A stretch of 34,512 nucleotides of DNA, taken from contig NW_021831672.1 of the NCBI RefSeq assembly GCF_006345805.1, positions 1 to 34,512 of the forward strand, in the 5' to 3' direction. This DNA comes from Octopus sinensis. Lineage: Eukaryota. Under the pieces are notes generated by a model that was given only the letters and a program-made list of their open reading frames with translations, made no database searches and was not told the origin of the DNA. This document shows, one piece after another, positions 1 through 9,224 of this stretch; within the stretch, counting starts at the first letter, position 1; each line of letters starts with the position of its first letter. The position numbers and the translations under genes were made by a program.

Positions 1-383
1 ACTTGAAAAGGAAGATGAGGTTAGAGAGGAGGGTGCTGTCTGGTAGCAAAGGATGGGTGAATTGTGCAAGAATGGCCAGTATAAATGGACCAATTCTGAG
101 TTTCGCCTGGATTTGAAAAAGGTATTATAGAAGGAGAAAAGGGCTCTCTCTACCCCCTTTTGACAGGCGCCCGGGCTTTTATGGGTTTTTCCACGTGAGA
201 CCTTTTCTTTTTTCGAAGCGTCTCCTCTTGGGAGTTTTTCGTTGTTAAAATATTGATTGGTTAAACTGCTTTTTCTGGGTTGTTTTTTTTCACAAAGGAC
301 AAAACCTTTTGTAACCTTTCGTCCTGTTTGTCCCTTTATGTTTTCCAATCATATTGTTCAGCCCTGTGGCCAATAAAAAAGAA
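1..383 (+). mobile_element. 3' end of an L1/Tx1-like LINE (copy 1): ORF2 C-terminus plus 3' UTR, continuing upstream of the window
   Basis: Frame starting at 3 reads LKRKMRLERRVLSGSKGWVNCARMASINGPILSFAWI* (stop 114-116), homologous to HLKRKVRVERQVLSSECFKKRWVNVARMARMNDEATLSIVL* at ~10043-10165. Ends GCCCTGTGGCCAATAAAAAAGAA like the other two copies. Confidence 0.85.
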
Positions 384-424
384 TTTATTATTATTATTAT
401 TATCATCATCATCATCATCATCAT

Positions 425-470
<46 letters not shown>

Positions 471-544
471 CCATCATCACCATCACCATCATCATCATCA
501 CCATCAACCACCATCACCATCATCAATCATCATCATCAATATCA

Positions 545-585
<41 letters not shown>

Positions 586-600
586 ATTATCATTATATTA

Positions 601-641
<41 letters not shown>
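384..641. repeat. Compound (TTA)n-(TCA)n-(TTA)n microsatellite
   Basis: Directly visible; source of the poly-His/Ser/Tyr ORFs at 280-653. Confidence 0.98.
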
Positions 642-643
<2 letters not shown>

Positions 644-1694
644 CATTAAATGAAGGGTTTTTATATCTGATTCGTGTAGTGCCGTGAAACTAGTGCTAAG
701 CTGTGTCTTCCGTGCCCTACAAAGCGTCTTGGTTTTATTGTAAGGCATTGACATTTATCTTACGTAATTACGTAACGAGGTTTTTTCCGTACATTTGTAT
801 CTCGATAGCTGTAATAGAAACAGTAATGACGTCTAGACTATATTTCAGTATATATATATTTTTTCTCATCTTTTCAACAGCTTTGTGCATTTACTTCAAA
901 ATACACGATTGCATCGCCAATTCCCGTTGTGTTTAGATCCCTGGAGGGGATAACCTAAACTGTAACAGCGTTAAATGATTAAATGATACATCAACAAACG
1001 CCAGCGAAACGCTTTTGATGAGTAGAATATTAACTCCACGTGCGCCGTTGATATTCTAATATTTTCACAGCCACACACACACTCACACACACATGCAAAG
1101 GTATAGTGTATACAATACATACTTACATACACACCAGACTTAACCATGTACTGAATAATGGTGCATGGCGTGTTAAATTACTAACTAGACATGTTTGAGA
1201 ATTAAATCTATATTAGTGCAAAATAGTCCCTTTTTCAGCAGTAATTGTATTCACCTCAATAGACGTCATTGATTGGTTGAAATTGTCGAAATACGAGAAA
1301 TTTCACAACAAATAGCTTACAAACTAGGGAATTTTCTCAAGAACGCCAAGAGAAAAAAATGTTTTATGTGACACATTCTACCAGTATACGAAGTTTAAAA
1401 GTTTTTAGTTAAAAAAATTATTTTTTAAATCTGCCGGTCAAAGTCAAAATAACCCATTTCATTTTACACATCAGTCAACTAGGTGTGACTATGTGGTTGA
1501 TCGATCTGCAACAACAAGAAAGAGTGGATTCAAATGACAAATAAGGGTTTTGCAGTTTCTTGCAGAACAACCTACAACCGAAGATTCGTTTATAGTGATC
1601 AAATGAGTGCTGTGCATTACTACACTCCCTCACAAGTTACTTCACAAATTAAATCGATATTGCCTGTACAGGTGCGCGTCATTTCAACTATTTC

Positions 1695-1824
1695 TTTTAT
1701 CGACCCCGAAAGGATGAAAAGCAAAGGCGACCATGGTGGAACTTGAACTCAGAACGTGAAGACGGGCGAAATGTCACTAAGCATATTGTCTGCCATGCCA
1801 ACGATTCTGCCAGCTCGCTGCCTT
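1695..1824 (-). mobile_element. SINE family B, 5' portion
   Basis: Reverse strand starts AAGGCAGCGAGCTGGCAGAATCGTTGG (A-box-like) and has GAGTTCAAGTTCC (B-box-like); aligns to the full copy at 30831-31066. Confidence 0.85.
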
Positions 1825-1830
1825 AAGTAA

Positions 1831-1999
1831 TAATCGTTTCTACTATAGGCACAAGGCCAGAGATTTGGGGGAAGGGGACTAGTTGATTGCATCGACCCCA
1901 GTGTTTCACTGGTACTTAATTTATCGACCACGAAAGGATGAAAGGCAAAGTCAACCTCGGCTGAATTTGAACTCAGAACGTAGCAACGGGCGAAATACC
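1831..1999 (-). mobile_element. SINE family B, tail type B2, lacking its own head
   Basis: Family B body with reverse-strand tail CCCCAAATCTCTGGCCTTGTGCCTATAGTAGAAACG, matching the tail of 7150-7367. Confidence 0.85.
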
Positions 2000-2221
2000 T
2001 ATTTCTTTACTACCCACAAGGGGCTAAACACAGAGAGGACAGATAAACGGATTAGTCGATTATATCGACCCCAGTGCGTACCTGGTACTTAATTTATCGA
2101 CCCCGAAAGGATGAAAGGCAAAGTCGACCCCGGCGGAATTTGAACTCAGGACGTAATGGCAGACGAAATACCGCTAAGCATTTCACTCGGCGTCCTAACG
2201 ATTCCGTCAGCTCGCCGCCTT
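2000..2221 (-). mobile_element. SINE family B, tail type B1, full length
   Basis: Head AAGGCGGCGAGCTGAC; tail TGTGTTTAGCCCCTTGTGGGTAGTAAAGAAATA; collinear with 27711-27944 and 30831-31066. Confidence 0.9.
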
Positions 2222-2225
2222 AATA

Positions 2226-2313
<88 letters not shown>
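2222..2313. repeat. (TAA)n microsatellite
   Basis: Directly visible. Confidence 0.98.
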
Positions 2314-2318
<5 letters not shown>

Positions 2319-2868
2319 GATGCAGAGCCAGGCTGTGGCTCTTGTAGCGTCTGATCTTAACTGATTGGAAGTGTTATCATGTACATTGTGTAGTCTTGGT
2401 ATAAAAGATGGGCTACAGCAAATATTCTGCTCAATACCACAGATTTGCTTGTCAGTTGTTTGACCTTAACCAGTTGAGCATGTCCCTTAGTGGCTGACGA
2501 TATGTGCATCTCTGATCATGAGCAGAAGTAGTGGGGGAGCATCATAGCCATGTGTTGAGAGGGATTCTTTGGGGTTTGAATAATTCACCTCTGGAAACAT
2601 GGGTGGTTCGTTCAACATCCTTAAACAACCCTTATTCAGAGATCTTTTGAGCGGGATAGGTTACTCGACCAGAAGAAAATTCTAACTGGGCCCCACCTGC
2701 AAGGTCATGTGCTGTTTATCTTGGATGAGATCACCATGTCGCGCACTCATGGTTGTGATGCATGTGCCTAGTGTACCCTTATCAGACGGGTAGTCATGAT
2801 GGGTATACTGGTCTTCGTATATTTTACCCCAGGGTCACTTTGATGGCATGCACTGCTCTCTCACTCAT
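2314..2868 (+). mobile_element. Interspersed repeat, probably a retroelement 3' fragment, embedded in (TAA)n
   Basis: Flanked by (TAA)n on both sides. A diverged second copy of the segment GACCTTAACC...GCATGTCCCTTAG...TCTGATCATGAGCAG...GGGG.TTGAATAA occurs at ~32210-32356. Confidence 0.65.
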
Positions 2869-2870
2869 TG

Positions 2871-2940
<70 letters not shown>
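2871..2940. repeat. (TAA)n microsatellite
   Basis: Directly visible. Confidence 0.98.
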
Positions 2941-3500
2941 GCCTTTCTATTATAAGCACAAGACCAGAAATTTTGGAGGCTGGGTCTCACCTATGTAACC
3001 GACACCAGTCCACAAATGGTACTTATTTTATCGGCCCCGAAAGGATGTAATGCAAATTGACCTTGGCTGGGTTTGAACTCAGAATGTAAAGAGCCTGAAG
3101 AAATGTCACTAAGCATTTTGTATTGCAGCTCCTCTGCCTTTATAAAGTAACACTTTTTTCTTCTTCTATCGGCAGAAAGCTTGAAGAATTTGGGGAAGTG
3201 GCTTATCGTTTAAATGGCCCCCAGGGCTCAACTGGAACTTAAACTATCGACCCAAAAAGATGAAATGCAAGGTCGAGCTCGGCGGATTTTGAACTCAGAA
3301 CGTAAACCCAGAAAATAATAAATATTGGTTTCTAATTTTGGCACAAGGCCAGCAAGTTCGAAGGAGGGGGACAAGTCGACTATATCAACTCTTGAACTCA
3401 GCTAGTACTTAATTTATCAACCCCGAAAAAAAGATGAAATATGGAGCGGAGCTCGGCGGATTTTGAACTCAGAGCGTAAAGCCGGAAAACAATAAATATT
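2941..3500 (-). mobile_element. Three tandem degenerate family B SINE copies (~2941-3138, ~3160-3326, ~3327-3500)
   Basis: Each carries the ATC(G)..CCC..AAAG.ATG.AA...TTTGAACTCAGA core; tails of type B2, B2-like and a third type (reverse strand GCTGGCCTTGTGCCAAAATTAGAAACC). Confidence 0.8.
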
Positions 3501-3657
3501 AAAATAGAATTCACTGAACAAAAAGAGAAATATTTGGATCTATTTATAGAGGATCATATTTAAAGGCATAAACGATGATGCTTAAAAAATATATGTTTAT
3601 ATATATGTATGTATGTAAGTATGTATGTATGTATGTATGTATGTATGTATTATGTAT

Positions 3658-3688
<31 letters not shown>

Positions 3689-4159
3689 ATATATATTATA
3701 TATATATATTGAGAGCAAAAGGAAGAATGGTAAAAATGTATCACGCTTTAGAATCGTTAATAAATGCGAAGCGATTTACATTTTGTTCATCAGAAGAGAA
3801 AAAAATTAACAATGGCGGCTTTTATCAGCATGTGACTAAATCACAGAACAGACAACGGTGTCGAATAACTAGCTTGAGGTACAATATTTTGTTAAATGTT
3901 TGTTTTAAAACAATCGCTACTAATTCTATAGTTTAGTCTATTTTAGACAATAGACAAAAAAATGTGTTACATTTCGTTAAAATTCCATTTCTAATTTTCT
4001 TTTATTCCGTAGCTATTTCCTAAAAGTTCTACGAGACAATTGTTTCGAAGCCATCTGTAACCACTCATATGACATGTGATACAGTAGAAAATATTTTAGG
4101 GAAGGACATTTTGTACATAAAATAATTCTGCTTTACACATTCACACATGCACACACACG

Positions 4160-4195
<36 letters not shown>

Positions 4196-4197
<2 letters not shown>

Positions 4198-4356
4198 CGA
4201 CGAGCTTCTTTCAGTTTCCGTGTACCAAAATCCACTCGCAAGGCTTTGGTCGGCCCGAGGCTATAGTAGAAGACACTTGCCCAAGGTGCCACATAGTGGG
4301 ACTGAACCTGCAATTTTGTGGTTAGTAAGCAAGCTACTTATCACACAGCCACTCCT
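4196..4356 (-). mobile_element. SINE family A, 5' half
   Basis: Reverse complement aligns to 18809-18970 (AGGAGTGGCTGTGTG...GGCACCTTGGGCAAGTGTCTTCTACTATAGCCTCGGGCCGACCAAAGCCTT). Confidence 0.9.
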
Positions 4357-4408
4357 TTGTAATATAAAGATGACCTATTGGTATTACTACTACTTCCGTT
4401 GCTAATAA

Positions 4409-4445
<37 letters not shown>

Positions 4446-5080
4446 CTTTTTTTGGACGTCTACCTATCTATTTATCTCTCTCTATATATATACATACATA
4501 CAAATATCTCTCTCTATATATATACATACATACAAATAAGCAACAAGTATATCTTAGGTAATTTGGCACAATCGTTTCATGCTACTTCATTTTATTAAAC
4601 CATTGTAAGTATTACATCAGTTTTAAATGTTGAGCAATCTTCGGCCATTTATAGAAGTCCTCCATCAAACGGACAATACATATTCTTATTTTCAATTTGT
4701 TTCCCAACATTATAAAGAGGGTAGATATACAGACAGAGAGATTGATTCGATTCTCAAGAACATGATAGTATTAAGATTTACTTCCTGACTGTATATTTTA
4801 TACTTAGTTATTTAGATCTGTTAGTGGGGAGGGAAGGAATTTTCGGTTGGATGGAGACAAAGAATTTTTTTCTATTTATAGATATAGGAAGGGGTAAAAC
4901 AAATGTCAGAAATTATTCATGCTGAAGTTAAACTTCAACATGAATAATATATAACCCTGGGACTTGTCCTTTGTAAGTCTAGTACTATCGGTCGGTTTTA
5001 CCGAACCGCTAATTTACAGGGATGTAAACATAGCAACATCGGCTGTCAAGCGATGGTGGGTGGACAAATACAGACACACA

Positions 5081-5125
<45 letters not shown>

Positions 5126-5129
<4 letters not shown>

Positions 5130-5440
5130 GGGAATAAATCCAAATTTACAGGGAAAAACCCAGATTTAGGATTGAATCCAATTTTATAGTAAAATATTAT
5201 ATTATATTAAATTAGAGACAAAACACTATTATGCAAATCAAAAAAGAAAGACTTAAGCCAATACATAAAATAATTTATATAAATTAAATTTAATTAAAAT
5301 AACCACTACGATCGTTTCGTGTCAGCACTTCTATGAGACATTCTTCAGGTGGTTTCAAACCTTCTTTGCAAGTTTTAAACTATGGACTATGTTTGATTGC
5401 ATAATAGTGGTTTTGTCTCTAATTTATATAACAATATATA
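5126..5440 (-). mobile_element. Penelope-like pseudo-LTR or retrozyme-like insert carrying a hammerhead and an inverted duplication
   Basis: Bounded by (TA)n; 35-bp inverted arms at 5208-5242 and 5392-5426; hammerhead at 5301-5354. Penelope assignment is inference. Confidence 0.6.
5301..5354 (-). ncRNA. Minimal type-I hammerhead ribozyme motif H1
   Basis: Reverse strand: AACCAC-CTGAAGA-A-TGTC-tcatagaagtgct-GACA-C-GAA-ACGATCGT-A-GTGGTT. 6-bp stem I, intact core, 4-bp stem II above an A.C mismatch, palindromic stem III, GUA triplet. Confidence 0.8.
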
Positions 5441-5641
5441 TATATATATATATATTATATAGTATATATATATATACACATATATACGACGGGCTTCTTT
5501 CAGTTTTCGTCTACCACATCCATATAATAGAAGAGGCTATAGTAGAAGACACTTGCCCAAGGTCCCCATGCAGTGGGACTGAATCCGGAACCATGTGGTT
5601 GGGAAGCAAGCTTCTTACCCTACAGCTACACATAAATATAT

Positions 5642-5698
5642 AAGAGAGAGAGAGTGAGAGAGAGAGAGAGAGATTCATAGATAGATAGAGATAGATAC

Positions 5699-5780
<82 letters not shown>
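5642..5780. repeat. (GA)n then (GATA)n microsatellite
   Basis: Directly visible. Confidence 0.98.
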
Positions 5781-5782
<2 letters not shown>

Positions 5783-5784
5783 GG

Positions 5785-5935
5785 GACGGGCTTCTTCCAA
5801 TTTCCATCTACCAAAATCCACTCACAAGGCTTTGGTCGGCCCAATGCTAACACTTACCCCAAAGTGTCACGCAGTGAGACTGAAACCGGAACCATGTGAC
5901 TAGAAAGCAAACTTCTAACTACATTGCCACACTTG
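5785..5935 (-). mobile_element. SINE family A, degenerate 5' half
   Basis: GACGGGCTTCTT...CCAAAATCCACTCACAAGGCTTTGGTCGGCCC matches family A. Confidence 0.8.
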
Positions 5936-6239
5936 TATATATTTCTTTATTTAAACTAAAATTTCTTTCTTTTGTAATTCAAGTGACATGAACTAAGATC
6001 ATGAAAGTGAAACAATTCCATCGAAAAAAAAAAGAGCGAAAGGTGATGATAACCATTGAAAGAGAAAAATATCTCCAAGATATGCTGGAATCTTGTAAGT
6101 GCTCAGGTGGAGACTGTGGAAACCTTTTCACACTTTATTGTAGACAATATTTTGAAGAAGTATAACAGAAAAGTTGGTGTCTGTTATAAATGGTTATCAA
6201 AACGCTTCCACGATGTACTTGTGTGTGTCTGTTTTTGTA

Positions 6240-6351
6240 CGTGTGTATATATACATAGATACACACACATACATACATATATACGTATGTATATACATAT
6301 ACTCCCACATACATAAATATATATATACTTACATATGCTTTCATACACACA

Positions 6352-6386
<35 letters not shown>

Positions 6387-6717
6387 CTCGCACATATAGG
6401 AGTGGCTGGGTGTGAGCATCCGTGTATGTGTGTATCCATATATATTTCTATGTATGCTTATGCGTATTAAATGTGAGTGTGTATGTACGTATATATATAT
6501 ATATACACGTATATATACGTATATATGTATGAATGTATGTATGTATGTACGTATGAATGGATGTATATATATATATGTGTGTGTGTATGTTTACATATAT
6601 ATATATAAACGTACAATATGTGTGTGTATGTATGTATGTGTGTGTATGTATGTATGTATGTATGTATGTATGTATGTACGTATGCATGTATGCATGTATG
6701 TATGTATGTATGTGTAT
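6240..6717. repeat. Compound (TA)/(CA)/(TG)/(TATG) microsatellite field
   Basis: Directly visible. Confidence 0.95.
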
Positions 6718-7435
6718 GTAGAACACCTTCACCAAAAATGTCTTCGTCAAATTCTCAAGTTTAGTTGGAAACCGTTTACACCAGATATAGAGATTTTAAC
6801 CAAAACAAGAATCTCAATTCATACCATGCTTGTTTCCAATCAGCTTGTGTAGACTTGCCATTTAATACAGATTGGGAATAAGCGCAATAACGGTTTCCAC
6901 ATGGTGATGTATCTGCTGGGAAGTGAAATGAAACCAGGCCAAAAAAAAAAAAAAGGTATAAAGAAAAGGAGTTGAATATAACATACAAAGATGTTGAATC
7001 CATTGCTCTCTTGGCAGAAATAATATGGCGAAAAATGATCTGGTCTGAGGTAAAAAACGTTGAAAAAAAAAACAGAAATAGAAGTTTGCAAAAGTGAAGG
7101 CATCTATGGAAAAAGATCAGCTTTCAATTGTTCAATATGTGATAAGGCTAGAAGGCGACGAGCTAGCGGAATCATTTGCACGATGGACGAAAGGCTTAGC
7201 GGCATTTCGCCTGTCGCTACGTTCTGAATTCAAATTCCGCCGAGGTCGACTTTGCCTTTCATCCTTTCGGGGGTCGATAAATTAAGTACCAATTGCGCAC
7301 TGTGGTGGAAGTAATCGACTACTTCCCACCCCCAAACATTTCAGGTCTTGTACCTATAGTAGAAAGGAATATGTGATAAGGCTTGCCTTTCTAAGATTGG
7401 TTTCACTTCCCATCTTAGAGCTCACCTGCACATAG
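6718..7435 (+). pseudogene. Decayed 3' end of an RTE-clade LINE ORF2, interrupted by a SINE
   Basis: EHLHQKCLRQILKFSWK...SIHTMLVSNQL resembles the RTE post-RT motif (ERFHQRCLRxILxIxW...SIExMLxxxQL). Excising the SINE restores NCSICDKACLSKIGFTSHLRAH, the terminal CxxC-HxxxH motif seen in RTE elements. Contains stops and frameshifts. Confidence 0.8.
7150..7367 (+). mobile_element. SINE family B (B2 tail) with 16-bp TSD
   Basis: AATATGTGATAAGGCT is present exactly at 7134-7149 and 7368-7383. Confidence 0.93.
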
Positions 7436-7465
7436 CTCTTTGCAGTAGACGCCTTTTATCTTTCT

Positions 7466-7841
7466 ATCTTTTACTTGTTTCGGTCATTAGACTGCGTCCA
7501 TGCTGGGGCACCACCTCGAAGAACTTTTAGTCGTATGAATCGTCCTCAGTACTTATCTTTTTTTATATTTATTTATTTATTTATTTATTTATTTATAACT
7601 AGGGAGCTTGGGCGAAAACGACCTGTTTTCTGCATGCTTGAGTGCAGAAAAACTACCTATTATTATGTCGAACCGCTAAGTTATGGGGTGGCAAACACAC
7701 CAGCCTCGGATGCCAAGTGGTGGTGGTTGTGGCGGTGGGGATCAACATAGATACAAAGACACACGCTAACATACACCTCTCTCTCTCTATATATATTATA
7801 CATACATACATACATACATCATACATACATACATACATACA

Positions 7842-7874
<33 letters not shown>

Positions 7875-8397
7875 GGGTACAGAATGCCACCAACGGTGCA
7901 AATAACATGAAGTACGTAAACAAGGAGAACAAATGGAAAACAGGACAAGTAAACACGGAGAAAGGACCCTTCATCAGTTTTCAAAAAGGTGAAGATAATT
8001 TCATTCGGAAATGGATGCGTTGCGTTCAATTATATATATATATATATATGTATATACCCACACCCAAACTCACACACTCACAGACACGCACACACACACA
8101 CAACACACACACACACCACACACACACCACACACACACAACACACCCACACCACACACATATATATATAGAGAGAGAGAATAACAATAATCCTTGGATGC
8201 AATTCATAATTATTTAATTTTGTACATCCATTAATGTGATATCGCCTGAAGAAATGAATCCCTGAAGATGATCAACCCACGGATACTACACGGATACTGC
8301 GCTGTAATCACCCCAGGAATACGGACAGTGATCTTACGAGACATGTGAACTGTGGAAACGCGCGTAGTGATGCATAAAATGTTTATTATATATAAGG

Positions 8398-8432
<35 letters not shown>

Positions 8433-8757
8433 CTTATATTATATCGGTACAGCTCGATGCAACCCCCCCAAAAAACTGGTTCACCAGTCAGTATCATCAG
8501 ACTGGAGCTGGCAAAATGAAATAGGATCTTTATTTGCGTATTCAAAACGTTTCCTGTAAACAAATTTAAAAGATATATATATACACACACACACGACGGG
8601 CTTCTTTCAGTCTTCATCAACCAAATCCACTCATAAGGCTTTGGCCGGTCTGAGTCTATAGTAGAAGACACTTGCCCAAGGTGTCATGCAGTTGGACTGA
8701 ACCCAGAACCATGTGGTTGGGAAGCAAGCTTCTTACCACACAGCCACGCCTGCACCT
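7466..8757 (-). mobile_element. SINE family A split by ~800 bp of microsatellite and inserts
   Basis: 3' half at ~7466-7780 and 5' half at ~8593-8757 in the same orientation and the expected order. Confidence 0.7.
8240..8375 (+). ncRNA. Hammerhead-like motif H2 with an expanded stem II region
   Basis: CTGAAGA at 8246-8252 and 8262-8268; GAA-ACGCGCGT-A at 8355-8366; GTGATGCAT (8367-8375) pairs with TATCGC (8240-8245) or, imperfectly, with ATGAATCC (8254-8261). Confidence 0.55.
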
Positions 8758-9137
8758 AGCCACATCAAATTTGTCACAAGACATGCAAGTTCCTTGCTGG
8801 TCAACAAAGGTATTTTAATATCCATAAATCAGACAGAACAAACAGTACTGTGCCACTTTAAGTGACGCATATTTGCACTTTTTGTAATGCAAATTCCTAA
8901 GTGCTCTGAAGACACAAAAGTCACTTGCGTGATCATGCATCGTGTACGGTGAAAGCATAGCTAACAAGAGTGTGTGCTTGTGTAGTGAAAAACCTTCGTA
9001 GGAAAGATTTACCCTCACGTGATGATTGTATGTGAAAAATATAAAAAAGAAAATTCCCAGAATGTATGTATATATGTATTTTTTAAGAGATAAAATAACC
9101 GGTTTCGCTAAACAGGAAAGCTGTTATACACACATGC

Positions 9138-9213
<76 letters not shown>

Positions 9214-9224
9214 GTCTATCTATC
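9138..9224. repeat. (TATC)n microsatellite
   Basis: Directly visible; abuts the truncated 5' end of the LINE. Confidence 0.98.

Larger units (their letters stand above)
4957..5631 (-). mobile_element. SINE family A split by an insertion in its central (TA)n linker
   Basis: 3' half at ~4957-5080 and 5' half at ~5485-5631 are collinear with the intact copy 18809-19209; the insert lies between (TA)n runs. Confidence 0.8.

Noticed and set aside
280-653. Poly-His, poly-Ser and poly-Ile ORFs, and all similar YIHT, CVCV and IYLS ORFs across the window
   Set aside because: They are translations of microsatellites that lack stop codons; no domain content or splice context.
931-960. Small hairpin GTTTAGATCCC...GGGATAACCTAAAC, terminator-like
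   Set aside because: Short and bulged, with no U-tract or context; expected by chance.
4030-4075. Hammerhead-like GAA-ACAATTGT-C on the minus strand
   Set aside because: The core reads CATATGA (two changes) and stems I and II do not form. About one such GAAA-plus-palindrome is expected by chance in a window this size.
4474-4537. Exact 32-bp tandem duplication (similar 36-bp case at ~24763-24835)
   Set aside because: Ordinary slippage within compound microsatellites.
7950-7990. CTGATGA on the minus strand (also near 3787 and 8493)
   Set aside because: No correctly placed GAAA, stem III and UH downstream.
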